Part shown: positions 5,589-15,335 of the stretch, one piece after another | Numbering within the stretch: position 1 is the first letter of the stretch | Layout of the letters: each line of letters opens with the position of its first letter | Source: a virus | Reading direction: 5' to 3' (one strand) | Virus record (IMG/VR): IMGVR_UViG_3300045988_143004 | DNA length: 37,017 nucleotides | Position numbers and translations under genes: made by a program | The notes under the pieces: generated by a model | What the model was told of the DNA's origin: nothing | The model's database searches: none | Seen by the model: only the letters and a program-made list of their open reading frames with translations

Positions 5589-6120
5589 CTACTTCACCTC
5601 GCTTTCTAAATCATTCTGCATATTATCTAATAGTAATGCACTTGTTTGTGTTGTACTTAATAATGCTTCTATTGCTGTTATTCTATCTTCTAATGCTTTT
5701 ATTTTCTCTATATCGTTGTTTATATCTATGGATACATTTGTTATTGCTTGTAAATATTTTTCATAAATGTTTGCATCCTCGTCCGTATATTCTTTGTTGG
5801 ATTCGTACTCTGCGGAAGATGTTATTATTGTTTTTGTTATTAGATTTGTTGGGATTCTTTTTACTATTTTGTCTTCTTGCACTAAAAAACCGAACTACAC
5901 CAATCTGGTATCGGCCATTTGGTAAGTTCGGTAATACTGTTTTATTATCTACTATTTGTTGCTCATATACATCAAAATCATTTATGAATAACATTTTTTT
6001 AGCTAGGTTGTCCCACTCTTCGGAGAAATCAATGTCTATGTTATACAGGTCTATTGCTTTCGCATACGTATTTTCTGTTTCTACTATTTCTAAATAGTCT
6101 TTTTTTACTTTAAACTGCAT
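5589..6120 (-). pseudogene. Tail-fibre-associated protein split into two overlapping ORFs (5761-6120 and 5589-5882) by a 1-nt frame break
   Basis: ..RYQIGVVRF continues as (L)VQEDKIVKRIPTN.. if one base is removed from the A6 run at 5884-5889. Confidence 0.5.
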
Positions 6121-7637
6121 TATAACACCTCTTCTTCCGTTGTTTTTGTATATTCTAATGTTACATAACCATTAAACATACTCCTATCACCGTCAGTCTG
6201 TATTTCTATTGTTGTATTATCAACAGCCAATGCTGTATTGTAAAACATTTCTGTATTCTTGTATACTAGTGGCAAAGATTGCGTAAATTTTGTTTCATCA
6301 TTTCTTATTGCTATACCCTCTATTTTTGTAAAAATACTTATATTACTTATATTGTGTTGTACTTCTTTTTTGGTTGCATTAGGTAATGTTCCAAAATTTA
6401 TAACTTTTCTATATATTGTCTTGCCATCTATCCAGGTGCCTACTGCTTGTTCCTCCGTTGAATAAGTGCTGTTCCTTGTTATTTTTTCATTTAGTTCTTT
6501 CCCTTGTTTTGCGCTTAAAGCATCTGTTGCGCTTGTACTTTCTAAACTGTTTACTACTGTAGCAACTAATCCAGCACTTTGTTTTGCTTTTATTATGTAG
6601 GCCGCTACAAATGAAGGTTGAATGTTGTTATGTGGTTGTGAGCCTCCAGTTTTCCCTGCTAAATCATCTCCTGTGTAAAGATATTGATTTGCTGGAACAG
6701 ACCAACTGTATGCAGCTTTGCCTGAATTTCCACTGTTTCCTCCATCTAACGATTGCTTGTGGTTATGTTCTGGCATTTCTGCTACTGTTAATGTATGTGT
6801 CTTTTCCCCAAGTGTTTTTCCAATAGCATTAAAGTCAGTATCTTCTGCATCTAATCCAACAATAGTTCTTCCTTTAATGTTTGGAAGATTAAATGTTGTA
6901 CTTCCATCTCCTTCTCCAAAAGTAGTTCCAATTGCATTAAACAGTTCTGAATAATTTGTTCTGCTTATTGCACTTCCATCACAAATTAGCCAATTTTCAG
7001 GAGCAGTTGCTTTTGAATATGACATTATTGAACCAATTGGCAATGTATCTCCTGTTGCACTTCCTCCACCAACTGGATCTGCCCATTCAGTTTCGTTATC
7101 GAGATTAGATTTTTTAACTAGGACTTGTCCTGTTGTTCCTCCGGACGGGATTAATTTTTTTTTGTCATCGTTTGTAAAATCATTTGAACTTAGCCCTTTT
7201 CCTTCTTCTTTATCAACTTTTTTTTCTAATGCTTGTTTTGCTTTTAGCGATATGGGTTTGTTTAAATCTGACGTATTATCTACTTTATCTAATTCTATAT
7301 CACTTTTACTTAAAGTTATATTTATAACTTTATCTACAACTGGAATATCTTCTCCGTTTTTTTGTATTTTTTCGATTATATTGTGCTCTGCTTTTTCTTC
7401 TATATTATCTAATTTTTTTTTATCTTCTTTGCTCATAAATCCACTTAAACCAGCGGTTGCGTTCTTATGTACTAATTGCGTATTTTTAGTATGTGCATCA
7501 ATTTTATTGTCTAATTTGTCCCAGTTGTCATTTAGTGCTTTGCCTATATCAAATTCTTCCTCAGCATCTTTTTCTGGGTCCCATTTAAACAAATTTAATA
7601 GATTTGTAAAAACACTCATTTTTTTATCCTCCTTCAA
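6120..7637 (-). CDS. Tail fibre / receptor-binding protein with a phage tail-collar domain (505 aa)
   Basis: GSIMSYSKATAPENWLICDGSAISRTNYSELFNAIGTTFGEGDGSTTFNLPNIKGR ... GGSQPHNNIQPSFVAAYIIKA is the tail-collar signature. Confidence 0.8.
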   Translation of the reverse strand: MKEDKKMSVFTNLLNLFKWDPEKDAEEEFDIGKALNDNWDKLDNKIDAHTKNTQLVHKNATAGLSGFMSKEDKKKLDNIEEKAEHNIIEKIQKNGEDIPVVDKVINITLSKSDIELDKVDNTSDLNKPISLKAKQALEKKVDKEEGKGLSSNDFTNDDKKKLIPSGGTTGQVLVKKSNLDNETEWADPVGGGSATGDTLPIGSIMSYSKATAPENWLICDGSAISRTNYSELFNAIGTTFGEGDGSTTFNLPNIKGRTIVGLDAEDTDFNAIGKTLGEKTHTLTVAEMPEHNHKQSLDGGNSGNSGKAAYSWSVPANQYLYTGDDLAGKTGGSQPHNNIQPSFVAAYIIKAKQSAGLVATVVNSLESTSATDALSAKQGKELNEKITRNSTYSTEEQAVGTWIDGKTIYRKVINFGTLPNATKKEVQHNISNISIFTKIEGIAIRNDETKFTQSLPLVYKNTEMFYNTALAVDNTTIEIQTDGDRSMFNGYVTLEYTKTTEEEVL

Positions 7638-7639
7638 TT

Positions 7640-9730
7640 TCAGTATTGTATAAGTCCTTCGATTATTATTGTTGCATACATTGCACCTGTTTTTGTTGCT
7701 CCATCAATTCTGTCATTCACATTTTCTAAAGATGTTTCTATTTTTAATCTATTTATGCCTTCAATTAATTCATTCGAAATATCTAAAGATTCAATTTTTT
7801 CAGATGAATAGGATTCTTTAGATGGAACTTGTGCTGTAAAACCATTTTGCCCAAAAGCGTTATTAATTTCTTCATAATCATCATTGTCAACATTTTCCCA
7901 TACATCTCCTCCAAAGTTAGCTGCTAATAAACGGTTATTTATATTACTACATTTATATAATTTTACAGATCTTGCATATCCCCACGAATTTTTAACTTCT
8001 CCAGTTTCTAAATCTGTTATAGTCCAATAAACAGGTGTATGTGTTAAAATTACTTTTGCTTGTTTTATTTTTAAATTTTTAGGTATTGGTATATCTATAA
8101 TTATGCTTTTTTTTTCTAAATCTTCTTCTTCAAATTTATACTCAAATCCTACATTCCCACTTCCGGAATAAATATATGTGTTCATTAATCCGTCTTCGCC
8201 TAAAATTTGCGTATTACTACCCATTAAGATTCCTGTTTCGTCTATTGTTACAATTGCATTACCTTCACTATCAAGGACTTCTATTTTTCCATTAGAACCA
8301 TTTATTCCTCCAACTTTTAATGTTCCACCTTTTATTCTGTTAGCGGATAATGTTCCTGCTGTTATAAAATTTGCTACTATTTGTCCGTTCATGGTTATTG
8401 CTGTTTCATATGGTCCATTTATGCCTTTGCTCGAGTAAGCAAATCCATTTATATTCCAACGCCATAAGTGTTCTGCTTTATCAATGTCTAAATTATCGGA
8501 AATATACAATTCACCATCTTTTTTTATTACATATCCACCATTAAATTCTTTGATTAATTCAGTGGCTTTACTAACTGCTTCTTCATACACATTTGGAATT
8601 TCTTTAGTAACTATATCAGATATTTGTTTTTGTATAGGACCTTTCGTTTTATAGGTATTATCAAACTTGGTTTCGCCTTTTGCACTCCAGGTTTGTGAAA
8701 CTGCTCCAGTATACTCCCACGAAATTCCTCTTATGTAAGTTAAATAATTAATATTTTTCGTATCAGTTATATCTATCATATCTAATACATCCATAGATAT
8801 ATCAGGTATACTCGCTTTATACTCATAAGTTATGTATGTATACCCTTGCATTTTTATTAAGATTTTTTGTGCCACTTCATCAGTTATAAATGGATTCTTT
8901 TCACTTAGCTCTAATATATATCCATTATCCTCGCCTATTACATAATCTTTATTGTATTTTATTTTTTGAATATTAATATAACTTTCTGCTGGAACAAATT
9001 TATTATAGGCTCCTTTTTCAATTTTCTTTACAGGTTCATTGGCAAATGTCCTTATTTCACCTCTTCCTGATCTGTTTATTATATATATACCACAGGCACA
9101 TTCTGCAATGTATCCTAATATTTCTTTCCCAGTATATCCTTTTGGAACTTCATTTATTATCACATCTTCATTGTAAAAACTGCTTGAATTTGAATTGATT
9201 TTGAAATAATTGTGTACATCTTTATATAAATCTTTAATTGTAAATGGTGGTGTTAAACTACATTCATATTCTTCCTCTAAATATTTTGTTTTATCTTGTA
9301 ATTTTATTGTTATAGTTTCATTTTCATTTTTATTAATTTTAGTAGGATAAAATATCCCTTGTGGAATCCACAACGATGTAAGGTGCTTTATTTTAAGTTT
9401 ATTTATTTCTTTAATAGATGTTTTATTAATTTTTTTTACCGTATACAAATCATCCACAGATAGTTTTAATTCAATTTTAAATTCTTTATTTTCAAATTTT
9501 ATATTATCTAACTCATTTTCAAAATTTAGTAATGTTATATCGACTGTTGCTCCGTATACACCACCAATAGTAAATTTTTCACCATCATTTGTATTTAAAT
9601 CGTATTTTATACTTTTTATATCTTTATTTGTTAGAACTATATTATTTAATATAATTCTTGCTATAATTAATAGCTCTTCATTTTTTAATACCTCTTGATA
9701 ATAAGGATTTTTATTATACATATATATCAC
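7640..9730 (-). CDS. Tail tip / minor structural protein (Tal-like, prophage-tail family), 696 aa
   Basis: WRWNINGFAYSSKGINGPYETAITMNGQIVANFITAGTLSANRIKGGTL is typical of siphovirus tail-tip proteins; positioned after the tape measure and Dit. Confidence 0.6.
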   Translation of the reverse strand: MIYMYNKNPYYQEVLKNEELLIIARIILNNIVLTNKDIKSIKYDLNTNDGEKFTIGGVYGATVDITLLNFENELDNIKFENKEFKIELKLSVDDLYTVKKINKTSIKEINKLKIKHLTSLWIPQGIFYPTKINKNENETITIKLQDKTKYLEEEYECSLTPPFTIKDLYKDVHNYFKINSNSSSFYNEDVIINEVPKGYTGKEILGYIAECACGIYIINRSGRGEIRTFANEPVKKIEKGAYNKFVPAESYINIQKIKYNKDYVIGEDNGYILELSEKNPFITDEVAQKILIKMQGYTYITYEYKASIPDISMDVLDMIDITDTKNINYLTYIRGISWEYTGAVSQTWSAKGETKFDNTYKTKGPIQKQISDIVTKEIPNVYEEAVSKATELIKEFNGGYVIKKDGELYISDNLDIDKAEHLWRWNINGFAYSSKGINGPYETAITMNGQIVANFITAGTLSANRIKGGTLKVGGINGSNGKIEVLDSEGNAIVTIDETGILMGSNTQILGEDGLMNTYIYSGSGNVGFEYKFEEEDLEKKSIIIDIPIPKNLKIKQAKVILTHTPVYWTITDLETGEVKNSWGYARSVKLYKCSNINNRLLAANFGGDVWENVDNDDYEEINNAFGQNGFTAQVPSKESYSSEKIESLDISNELIEGINRLKIETSLENVNDRIDGATKTGAMYATIIIEGLIQY

Positions 9731-10096
9731 CTACTGTTCAACAAAATCAGCACTTAATCCTTCCCATACAAATGTTCCGTCATCTTCAACTACAAGAACT
9801 GGCGCTGTTCTATTACCTACATACATTGCTTTAGTTTCATATTTTCCTGTTTGTGGGTCTGGATAAGTAACTGAAAAAAAGACATCTTTAATAGATGTCA
9901 AAATTTTACTTATTTCGTCCCATTTTAAAGGACCCCACTCATTACTTATTGTTCTTTTTACAGCTACTCTATTTCTGTGCAATTTTGCATTTGCATCTGT
10001 ATCAGAATTGATATCCTGGTCAGCTATTACGACTTGACATTTTTTAGGTGCTGGAATTGCCACTCCGTTTACTTTTAATATTGTAATTCCTTCCAT
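9731..10096 (-). CDS. Small distal-tail-type protein (121 aa), assigned by position
   Basis: Lies immediately downstream of the tape measure. No motif recognised. Confidence 0.35.
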   Translation of the reverse strand: MEGITILKVNGVAIPAPKKCQVVIADQDINSDTDANAKLHRNRVAVKRTISNEWGPLKWDEISKILTSIKDVFFSVTYPDPQTGKYETKAMYVGNRTAPVLVVEDDGTFVWEGLSADFVEQ

Positions 10097-10109
10097 TTTT
10101 TATTCTCCT

Positions 10110-13100
10110 TTAAATAAAATCTAAAATTGATTTATCAGTCTTTGACTGTAGCAGTTTCATGCCTCTAATTACTGCTCTTGCAATCTCTATGTCTGAGATA
10201 CTTAAAACAATATCTCCTCCTGTGTTTTTTAGGTATTTCAAAATTTCTTTCAATAATCTAACAATTTCACTATTATCAGTACCTTTGAAATTTTTCAACT
10301 CGTCAGCTACGATTGAGTGTATTTTATCTTCTGGTGCTACTATTTCTCCTTGATGTCTATTATCTCCTATCATTGCTAATTGAGGCGTATTTGCTTTAAC
10401 ATATCCACCTTGTGCTAAATATGGGATTTGAGGAACACTAACTGTACTTAACCAGCTAAACGGCTGAAAATCCATTATTCTTACATTTCTTATTGTTCTT
10501 AAGGCTGAATTTATTGCATTAAATGGGATTGATACAACTCTATTTATTCCAGAAATTAAACGATTTACGATTGATTTAAAAGCATTGCCTATACCATCTT
10601 TAATTCCATCAAAAATTTTTCCTCCCGCACTGAAAATATTTTTAACATTATTCCAAGCATTTCCAAAAATACTTGAAAACCAATTTCCAATTGAACCAAA
10701 TACATTTTTAATTCCTTGCAAAGCTCCTTTTGCACCATTAACAACTTTATCTTTTATTGCGTTCCATATATTTCCAACAGAATCTTTTAAACCATTCCAA
10801 ATTTTTCCCCAGGTATCTTTTATGCTATTTAATATATTAGAAAGAACTGTCTTTATTAGATTTATCTTAAATGATATGTCTTCTTTTATTCCATTAAGTA
10901 TCCCGGAAACAGCCTCTTTAATTCCATTCCAAATGTTTGAAAATAAATTCTTTATAGTATCTAATATTCCTGTTACAAAATCTTTAATTGCATTCCAGAT
11001 TCCTTCAAAAATTCCTTTAATTGCATTCCAAATTCCACTAAAAATTGATTTAATACCATCCCAAGCTCTGCTCCAATCTCCTGAAAATACACCTGCTATA
11101 AAATCTATTAGTCCTCCTAATGCCTCAAAAATACCTCCAACAACACTGCTGATTACTCCAAATACATCACCAATCAAATTTCCTAAAGTTTGAATTATCG
11201 GCTGAAGAACTGGTACTACATTTTCAACAATCCAATTTATTATTGGAACAAGCCATTGATTCCATAATTCAGAGATAACATTAACCAATTTTCCAACAAA
11301 TTCTAAGAAACTATTAACCATTGGCTGTAAATGTTGCTGCCACAAATCGTCAAATTTCTTTGCCCACTCATCAAGTATTGGTTTTATATTTTCGTTCCAA
11401 ACTTTCAAACAGGTTTCCAAAATGCTGGAAAACCCATCTTTGATATTTTCTACTGCTGGTCTAATATAAGTATCATATACCTCCCAGAATTTTGAAAATG
11501 TATCTTGTATGCCTTGTTTTATAGTTCCTAAAATAGAACTAACTGGTTGCAATATTCCTTCTAAAGATTCTTTTATTAAATCTTTGTTTTCTATAAAAGG
11601 CTGTGTTATCATATACAAAATGTCATAACCAATTTGTCCGCCAATTTCAATTATTCCAAAAAGCCCATCGGTAAAAATTGCAATTATATCAGCTGTGCAT
11701 TGTTTTGCCTCTGGTCCTCTAAAAATTGCAAAAATATCAGCAAAAGTTTCAAAAATATCTCCTGCTAAGTCCCAACCTGCAGAAGATATGCTAAACATAT
11801 TTATTATATGTTCTTGTATATCTTCCTGATTTTGCTCTAAAAAATTAGCAATTCCTCCTAATAAATTATCTGCTATTGTTACTCCAATACTTGCAACACT
11901 ACCTGTTAATCTTCCAAGATTATATAGTACTGTATCTATCCATTCATTTGCATATTCACTTATATCAGAATCAGTAAATATTTCAATTAAAGCTGTTTTA
12001 ATTCTTTCGCAAGAATTTATTATTTCATCAAATCCAGTATTTTCAAATGCATCGTTAAATCCTTCTTTAAATATTTCTATTAGTTCTTTGGCTTTATTAG
12101 CTAAAGCTCCCATTTGCGTATTTGCTTTTTGCATTGTAGAATCTAATAAATTCGCTGAATCTATACCTCCACTTGCTCCACTTCCAGAGCTACTATCATC
12201 TTTACTTGGAGTTAAATTGTTTATTTGGTCAATACCTCGTAATCCTTGCAATGCTTTTTTGGTTTTTTTAGCACTTTCGCCTATTCCATCTACTGCATTA
12301 CTTGCATTGTTTGCTTCTGTTGCCAAATTTGACACAGAGCTTGAACTATCATCTCCTCCTGCATTTCCAAAAATCATTTCTGTAAATGATTTAAAATAAT
12401 TAGCTAATATTTGAAGCTTTGAAATTACTAAATTAATAACTTTTATGACAGGAGTAAATATATTTATTAATCCTTGTCCTAAACTTGCTTTTAATTCATT
12501 AAATCTTAAACTTAGCACTCTCGTTTGATTTGCCCAACTATCACTTGTTCTTGCAAAATCTCCACTTGCTATACTAAGTTTATCCATTACAAATTTATAT
12601 CTTAGTGCCACTTTTTCCTGCTCAGACATTTTAGATGTGGTTTTTCCATACCCATTTGCCAAAGCATATTGGTCAAGTGCATTTTGTGTCATTACAACAC
12701 CTAAATCCTTTAAGCTTTCAGTCTCTCCAGTAAAAACTGATTTTAATTTTGTATAAGACTCATCTGAACTTAAATTGTAAAAAGAAGCAACATCTCCAGT
12801 TAATCCAGTTAATGTTTCAGACATTTTTAATGCTTCCTCATTTGAAAAACCGAACGATTTAGACATTGCTCCAAAAGTACCTACATATTTCTTTGTAACT
12901 GTTTGTCCTAATCCGAATTGTTCTATTGCATTCTGAGCAAATTCATTTACTTGCGTATTTAGATCCCCAAATGTAACATCTACAACATTTTGAACTTCTG
13001 ATAAATTAGAGCCTAGTTCAATACACTCTTTCCCAAAACTTACAATTGCTTTTACGGAAAATGCAACTGCAGCAATCTTTCCAATTTTTCCTAAAGCCCC

Positions 13101-13208
13101 TTCAATTCCAGAATTTTTAACTGTATTTGTTGTGTTTTTAAGCTGTTGATTAAATGGATTAGAATTTAAAACTAATTCCATATCAACAGCTCCAACATTT
13201 GTACTCAT
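10110..13208 (-). CDS. Tail tape measure protein (about 1032 aa from ATG 13208; the ORF track starts at 13232)
   Basis: Size and position fit. It contains long helical repeats (IWNAIKGIFEGIWNAIKDFVTGILDTIKNLFSNIWNGIKE..). AAGGAG precedes MSTNVGAV. Confidence 0.9.
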   Translation of the reverse strand: MSTNVGAVDMELVLNSNPFNQQLKNTTNTVKNSGIEGALGKIGKIAAVAFSVKAIVSFGKECIELGSNLSEVQNVVDVTFGDLNTQVNEFAQNAIEQFGLGQTVTKKYVGTFGAMSKSFGFSNEEALKMSETLTGLTGDVASFYNLSSDESYTKLKSVFTGETESLKDLGVVMTQNALDQYALANGYGKTTSKMSEQEKVALRYKFVMDKLSIASGDFARTSDSWANQTRVLSLRFNELKASLGQGLINIFTPVIKVINLVISKLQILANYFKSFTEMIFGNAGGDDSSSSVSNLATEANNASNAVDGIGESAKKTKKALQGLRGIDQINNLTPSKDDSSSGSGASGGIDSANLLDSTMQKANTQMGALANKAKELIEIFKEGFNDAFENTGFDEIINSCERIKTALIEIFTDSDISEYANEWIDTVLYNLGRLTGSVASIGVTIADNLLGGIANFLEQNQEDIQEHIINMFSISSAGWDLAGDIFETFADIFAIFRGPEAKQCTADIIAIFTDGLFGIIEIGGQIGYDILYMITQPFIENKDLIKESLEGILQPVSSILGTIKQGIQDTFSKFWEVYDTYIRPAVENIKDGFSSILETCLKVWNENIKPILDEWAKKFDDLWQQHLQPMVNSFLEFVGKLVNVISELWNQWLVPIINWIVENVVPVLQPIIQTLGNLIGDVFGVISSVVGGIFEALGGLIDFIAGVFSGDWSRAWDGIKSIFSGIWNAIKGIFEGIWNAIKDFVTGILDTIKNLFSNIWNGIKEAVSGILNGIKEDISFKINLIKTVLSNILNSIKDTWGKIWNGLKDSVGNIWNAIKDKVVNGAKGALQGIKNVFGSIGNWFSSIFGNAWNNVKNIFSAGGKIFDGIKDGIGNAFKSIVNRLISGINRVVSIPFNAINSALRTIRNVRIMDFQPFSWLSTVSVPQIPYLAQGGYVKANTPQLAMIGDNRHQGEIVAPEDKIHSIVADELKNFKGTDNSEIVRLLKEILKYLKNTGGDIVLSISDIEIARAVIRGMKLLQSKTDKSILDFI

Positions 13209-13258
13209 GCCTATTTTTCTCCTTTCTTTCAAAGGTAAAAGTAGGCATCGGCTAACTA

Positions 13259-13402
13259 CTAGTTATTTTTAACTGTGTTGCTCGCTCTATCTTTTTCATC
13301 TATATAAATTATTTTTTTGCATCGCATACATTTTATTTCTCCTTTGCAAAAAAAAGCCTTTAGCAACAATTGCTTACAAAAAGGACATCTTATTTCTTTC
13401 AT
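13259..13402 (-). CDS. Com-like zinc-ribbon protein, 47 aa (MKEIRCPFCKQLLLKAFFCKGEIKCMRCKKIIYIDEKDRASNTVKNN)
   Basis: Not in the ORF track; hand-translated. It closely parallels phage Mu Com (MKSIRCKNCNKLLFKA....IEIRCPRCKRHII). Its ATG overlaps the upstream stop (ATGA). Confidence 0.6.
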   Translation of the reverse strand: MKEIRCPFCKQLLLKAFFCKGEIKCMRCKKIIYIDEKDRASNTVKNN

Positions 13403-13788
13403 TTGCTACCACCTGCCATTTCTTTAAAGGCTTTTTGCATCTCGAGGATTGCTTTTTCGTAATCTTCTTTACTTACCTTTTTTGCTATTTTATTTCTATA
13501 TTCCCATCTGATGTTTTTTTGCTCTTGTGTAAAGTTTTTTAAAGTGTCTTCATCGTCTTCACTTCTAATTTGAACTATATTCCCCAGTGGAGTATCTGGC
13601 ATCAAGCCAGATATTAATGTACATAGCTCTGCATAATTCATATCTTTTATTTCTTTACGGATTCTTATTCCATATTGTTTATTTAAACTAGCCTCTATTA
13701 AAGGCCAGTCTTCTTCCATGTCATACCACAATTCGTTGTTGCTATTGCTTTTGAAATCGTTTTTCCATCTCATCATATGTAATTTCAT
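13399..13788 (-). CDS. Tail assembly chaperone, T-part (frameshift extension of G)
   Basis: Overlaps the 3' end of the G-like ORF by 47 nt in another frame, between the major tail and tape measure genes. Confidence 0.6.
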   Translation of the reverse strand: MKLHMMRWKNDFKSNSNNELWYDMEEDWPLIEASLNKQYGIRIRKEIKDMNYAELCTLISGLMPDTPLGNIVQIRSEDDEDTLKNFTQEQKNIRWEYRNKIAKKVSKEDYEKAILEMQKAFKEMAGGSK

Positions 13789-14047
13789 TGATTTGTGCTA
13801 ATATCGCAATAATAATTATTTGCAATTGTTTTACTGTAACTTTCATTTCTTTTATTTCTTTTACAGCCATTTCTCCTAAAAGCATTTCTATTGCAGTATA
13901 AAACTCATTTATTGTAGAATCTTTCTTAAATACTTCTCCTACGCGAAGCATTGTTTCTGCAGAACAGTCTATTTCATATGTCTTGTTTTCTGCTATTGTT
14001 ATTGTTTTTTTGTCACAATCTAATTTATCGATTATATTTAAATCCAT
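13742..14047 (-). CDS. Tail assembly chaperone G-like (101 aa)
   Basis: Position and size fit, and it has the overlapping downstream ORF. Confidence 0.6.
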   Translation of the reverse strand: MDLNIIDKLDCDKKTITIAENKTYEIDCSAETMLRVGEVFKKDSTINEFYTAIEMLLGEMAVKEIKEMKVTVKQLQIIIIAILAQINEITYDEMEKRFQKQ

Positions 14048-14097
14048 AATTTCCCTCCTAAATAATATTTGGATAAGAGGATAAAACCTCCTATCTG

Positions 14098-14568
14098 TTA
14101 TTTTTTAGCTGCTTGTGTTGTTTCAACACTTTGTGATGCGGCTTCTGTATAAGTTGGCTTTCCGTTTGACATTACATCAAATTCTAGTGGAATAACTTCT
14201 GTTGACTTTCCAGCTCCCCAATTTGTTATGTTAAATATTGCATTTTCAAATACTAATTTTGCACCATTTGGAAATGTCCATTGTAAACATCCTTCAACTT
14301 CTCTTCCATTTTTTAGTGTTAATCCTGCTACATAATCGTTTCCAGTATCTCCAAAATTTCTTTTTCCAGAAATTGAAATAGTAACAGATTTAGAAGTCAT
14401 CAATCTTCTAACCCATCCTTTTTGGTCTAATGGATTCCATTCTTCTACTCCATTATCTAATTTGACTGAGAAACTTTCCATGTCTGCTATATCTGTTAAT
14501 GAATCTTTACTAGCACCAACTTGAAATTGGTTTTCATATACTGGATATACTCCTGTTTTAGTTGCCAT
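14098..14568 (-). CDS. Major tail protein (156 aa)
   Basis: Position fits, the fold is beta-rich, and a hairpin (14068-14091) follows the gene. Confidence 0.65.
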   Translation of the reverse strand: MATKTGVYPVYENQFQVGASKDSLTDIADMESFSVKLDNGVEEWNPLDQKGWVRRLMTSKSVTISISGKRNFGDTGNDYVAGLTLKNGREVEGCLQWTFPNGAKLVFENAIFNITNWGAGKSTEVIPLEFDVMSNGKPTYTEAASQSVETTQAAKK

Positions 14569-14972
14569 TATTTTTCACCCTTTCTATATAATAAATTAAA
14601 TTCTATTGAAAACTTATATACATTGTTTTCATCTGCTCCTAAATCAATAGGTCCATTATATAAACACTCAATTGAGCAATTATAATCATCAATAAAAAAA
14701 GAACTACAGTCTAATAGTTCATAAATCTTATTGGCCATCGTTTCAGCCATATTATAATTTTTTGTCCATTTTAATAATAAAGTAATTGGTAATATTCCAT
14801 AACTTTTTAACTTTTTATATTTAGAATTATCTTCTAATTGTCTACGATTAGCATATAAAGCAATTGCTTCGTCTTGGTTTTCGTCCATTTGGCCTATTGA
14901 CCACTTACTACATTCTAGTATTACAGTTTTTAAGTAATCTTTTAACTTTAATGTACTTATTTTAGATATCAT
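14568..14972 (-). CDS. Tail completion / terminator-type protein (by position)
   Basis: Overlapping start and stop codons within the head-tail joining cluster. Confidence 0.35.
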   Translation of the reverse strand: MISKISTLKLKDYLKTVILECSKWSIGQMDENQDEAIALYANRRQLEDNSKYKKLKSYGILPITLLLKWTKNYNMAETMANKIYELLDCSSFFIDDYNCSIECLYNGPIDLGADENNVYKFSIEFNLLYRKGEK

Positions 14973-15334
14973 CCTTCATTTCTCCTTTTTAATAACTTTG
15001 CAAAATATTTTGAAGGTAAATCCTTTTTACTTCCATTTAAATAATCATCGAAATAATACTGTTTTGCATTTGGATTTTTACCTTGTTTTATATGTATTTC
15101 CGGGTCAAAATATACTTTTCTAGCATAAGGTGTGTCTACAATTATTGTTGCAACACCTCTTATTGATTTTTTATCATCGACAAACGTACTATCATTTTGC
15201 ATTGTCCCAGTATCAAATGGCATAGTTTGACTCTGAATTAAATCGGTCTTTATTGCCTCTGCAGTATCTATTAATGCTAATCTGGCATTTTCATTTATTT
15301 TTTCTATATTTTTATTATTAAATGTTATCTTCAT
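14969..15334 (-). CDS. HK97 gp10-like neck protein (121 aa)
   Basis: QSQTMPFDTGTMQNDS matches the P.dTG.l..s motif of the gp10 family. Confidence 0.5.
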   Translation of the reverse strand: MKITFNNKNIEKINENARLALIDTAEAIKTDLIQSQTMPFDTGTMQNDSTFVDDKKSIRGVATIIVDTPYARKVYFDPEIHIKQGKNPNAKQYYFDDYLNGSKKDLPSKYFAKLLKRRNEG

Positions 15335-15335
15335 A

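Noticed and set aside
10585-11193. 202-aa plus-strand ORF, together with similar plus-strand ORFs at 5636-6097, 6259-6465, 6584-6954, 7162-7653, 8178-8438, 10159-10353, 12088-12399, 15685-16022, 16500-16827, 17261-17530, 19284-19475, 20045-20536, 20619-20884, 21948-22154, 23445-23918, 25022-25455, 25835-26255, 26465-26683, 27069-27311, 27562-27750, 29632-29907 and 30863-31207
   Set aside because: All are antisense to well-supported phage genes. They are F/L/S/I/P-rich low-complexity translations typical of the reverse strand of AT-rich coding DNA, they lack RBSs, and they have no recognisable motifs.
10110-11200. Highly repetitive WN(A/G)IK motifs in the tape measure C-terminal half as a possible diversity-generating retroelement target
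   Set aside because: There is no reverse transcriptase, template repeat or accessory gene anywhere in the window. Periodic helical repeats are normal for tape measure proteins.
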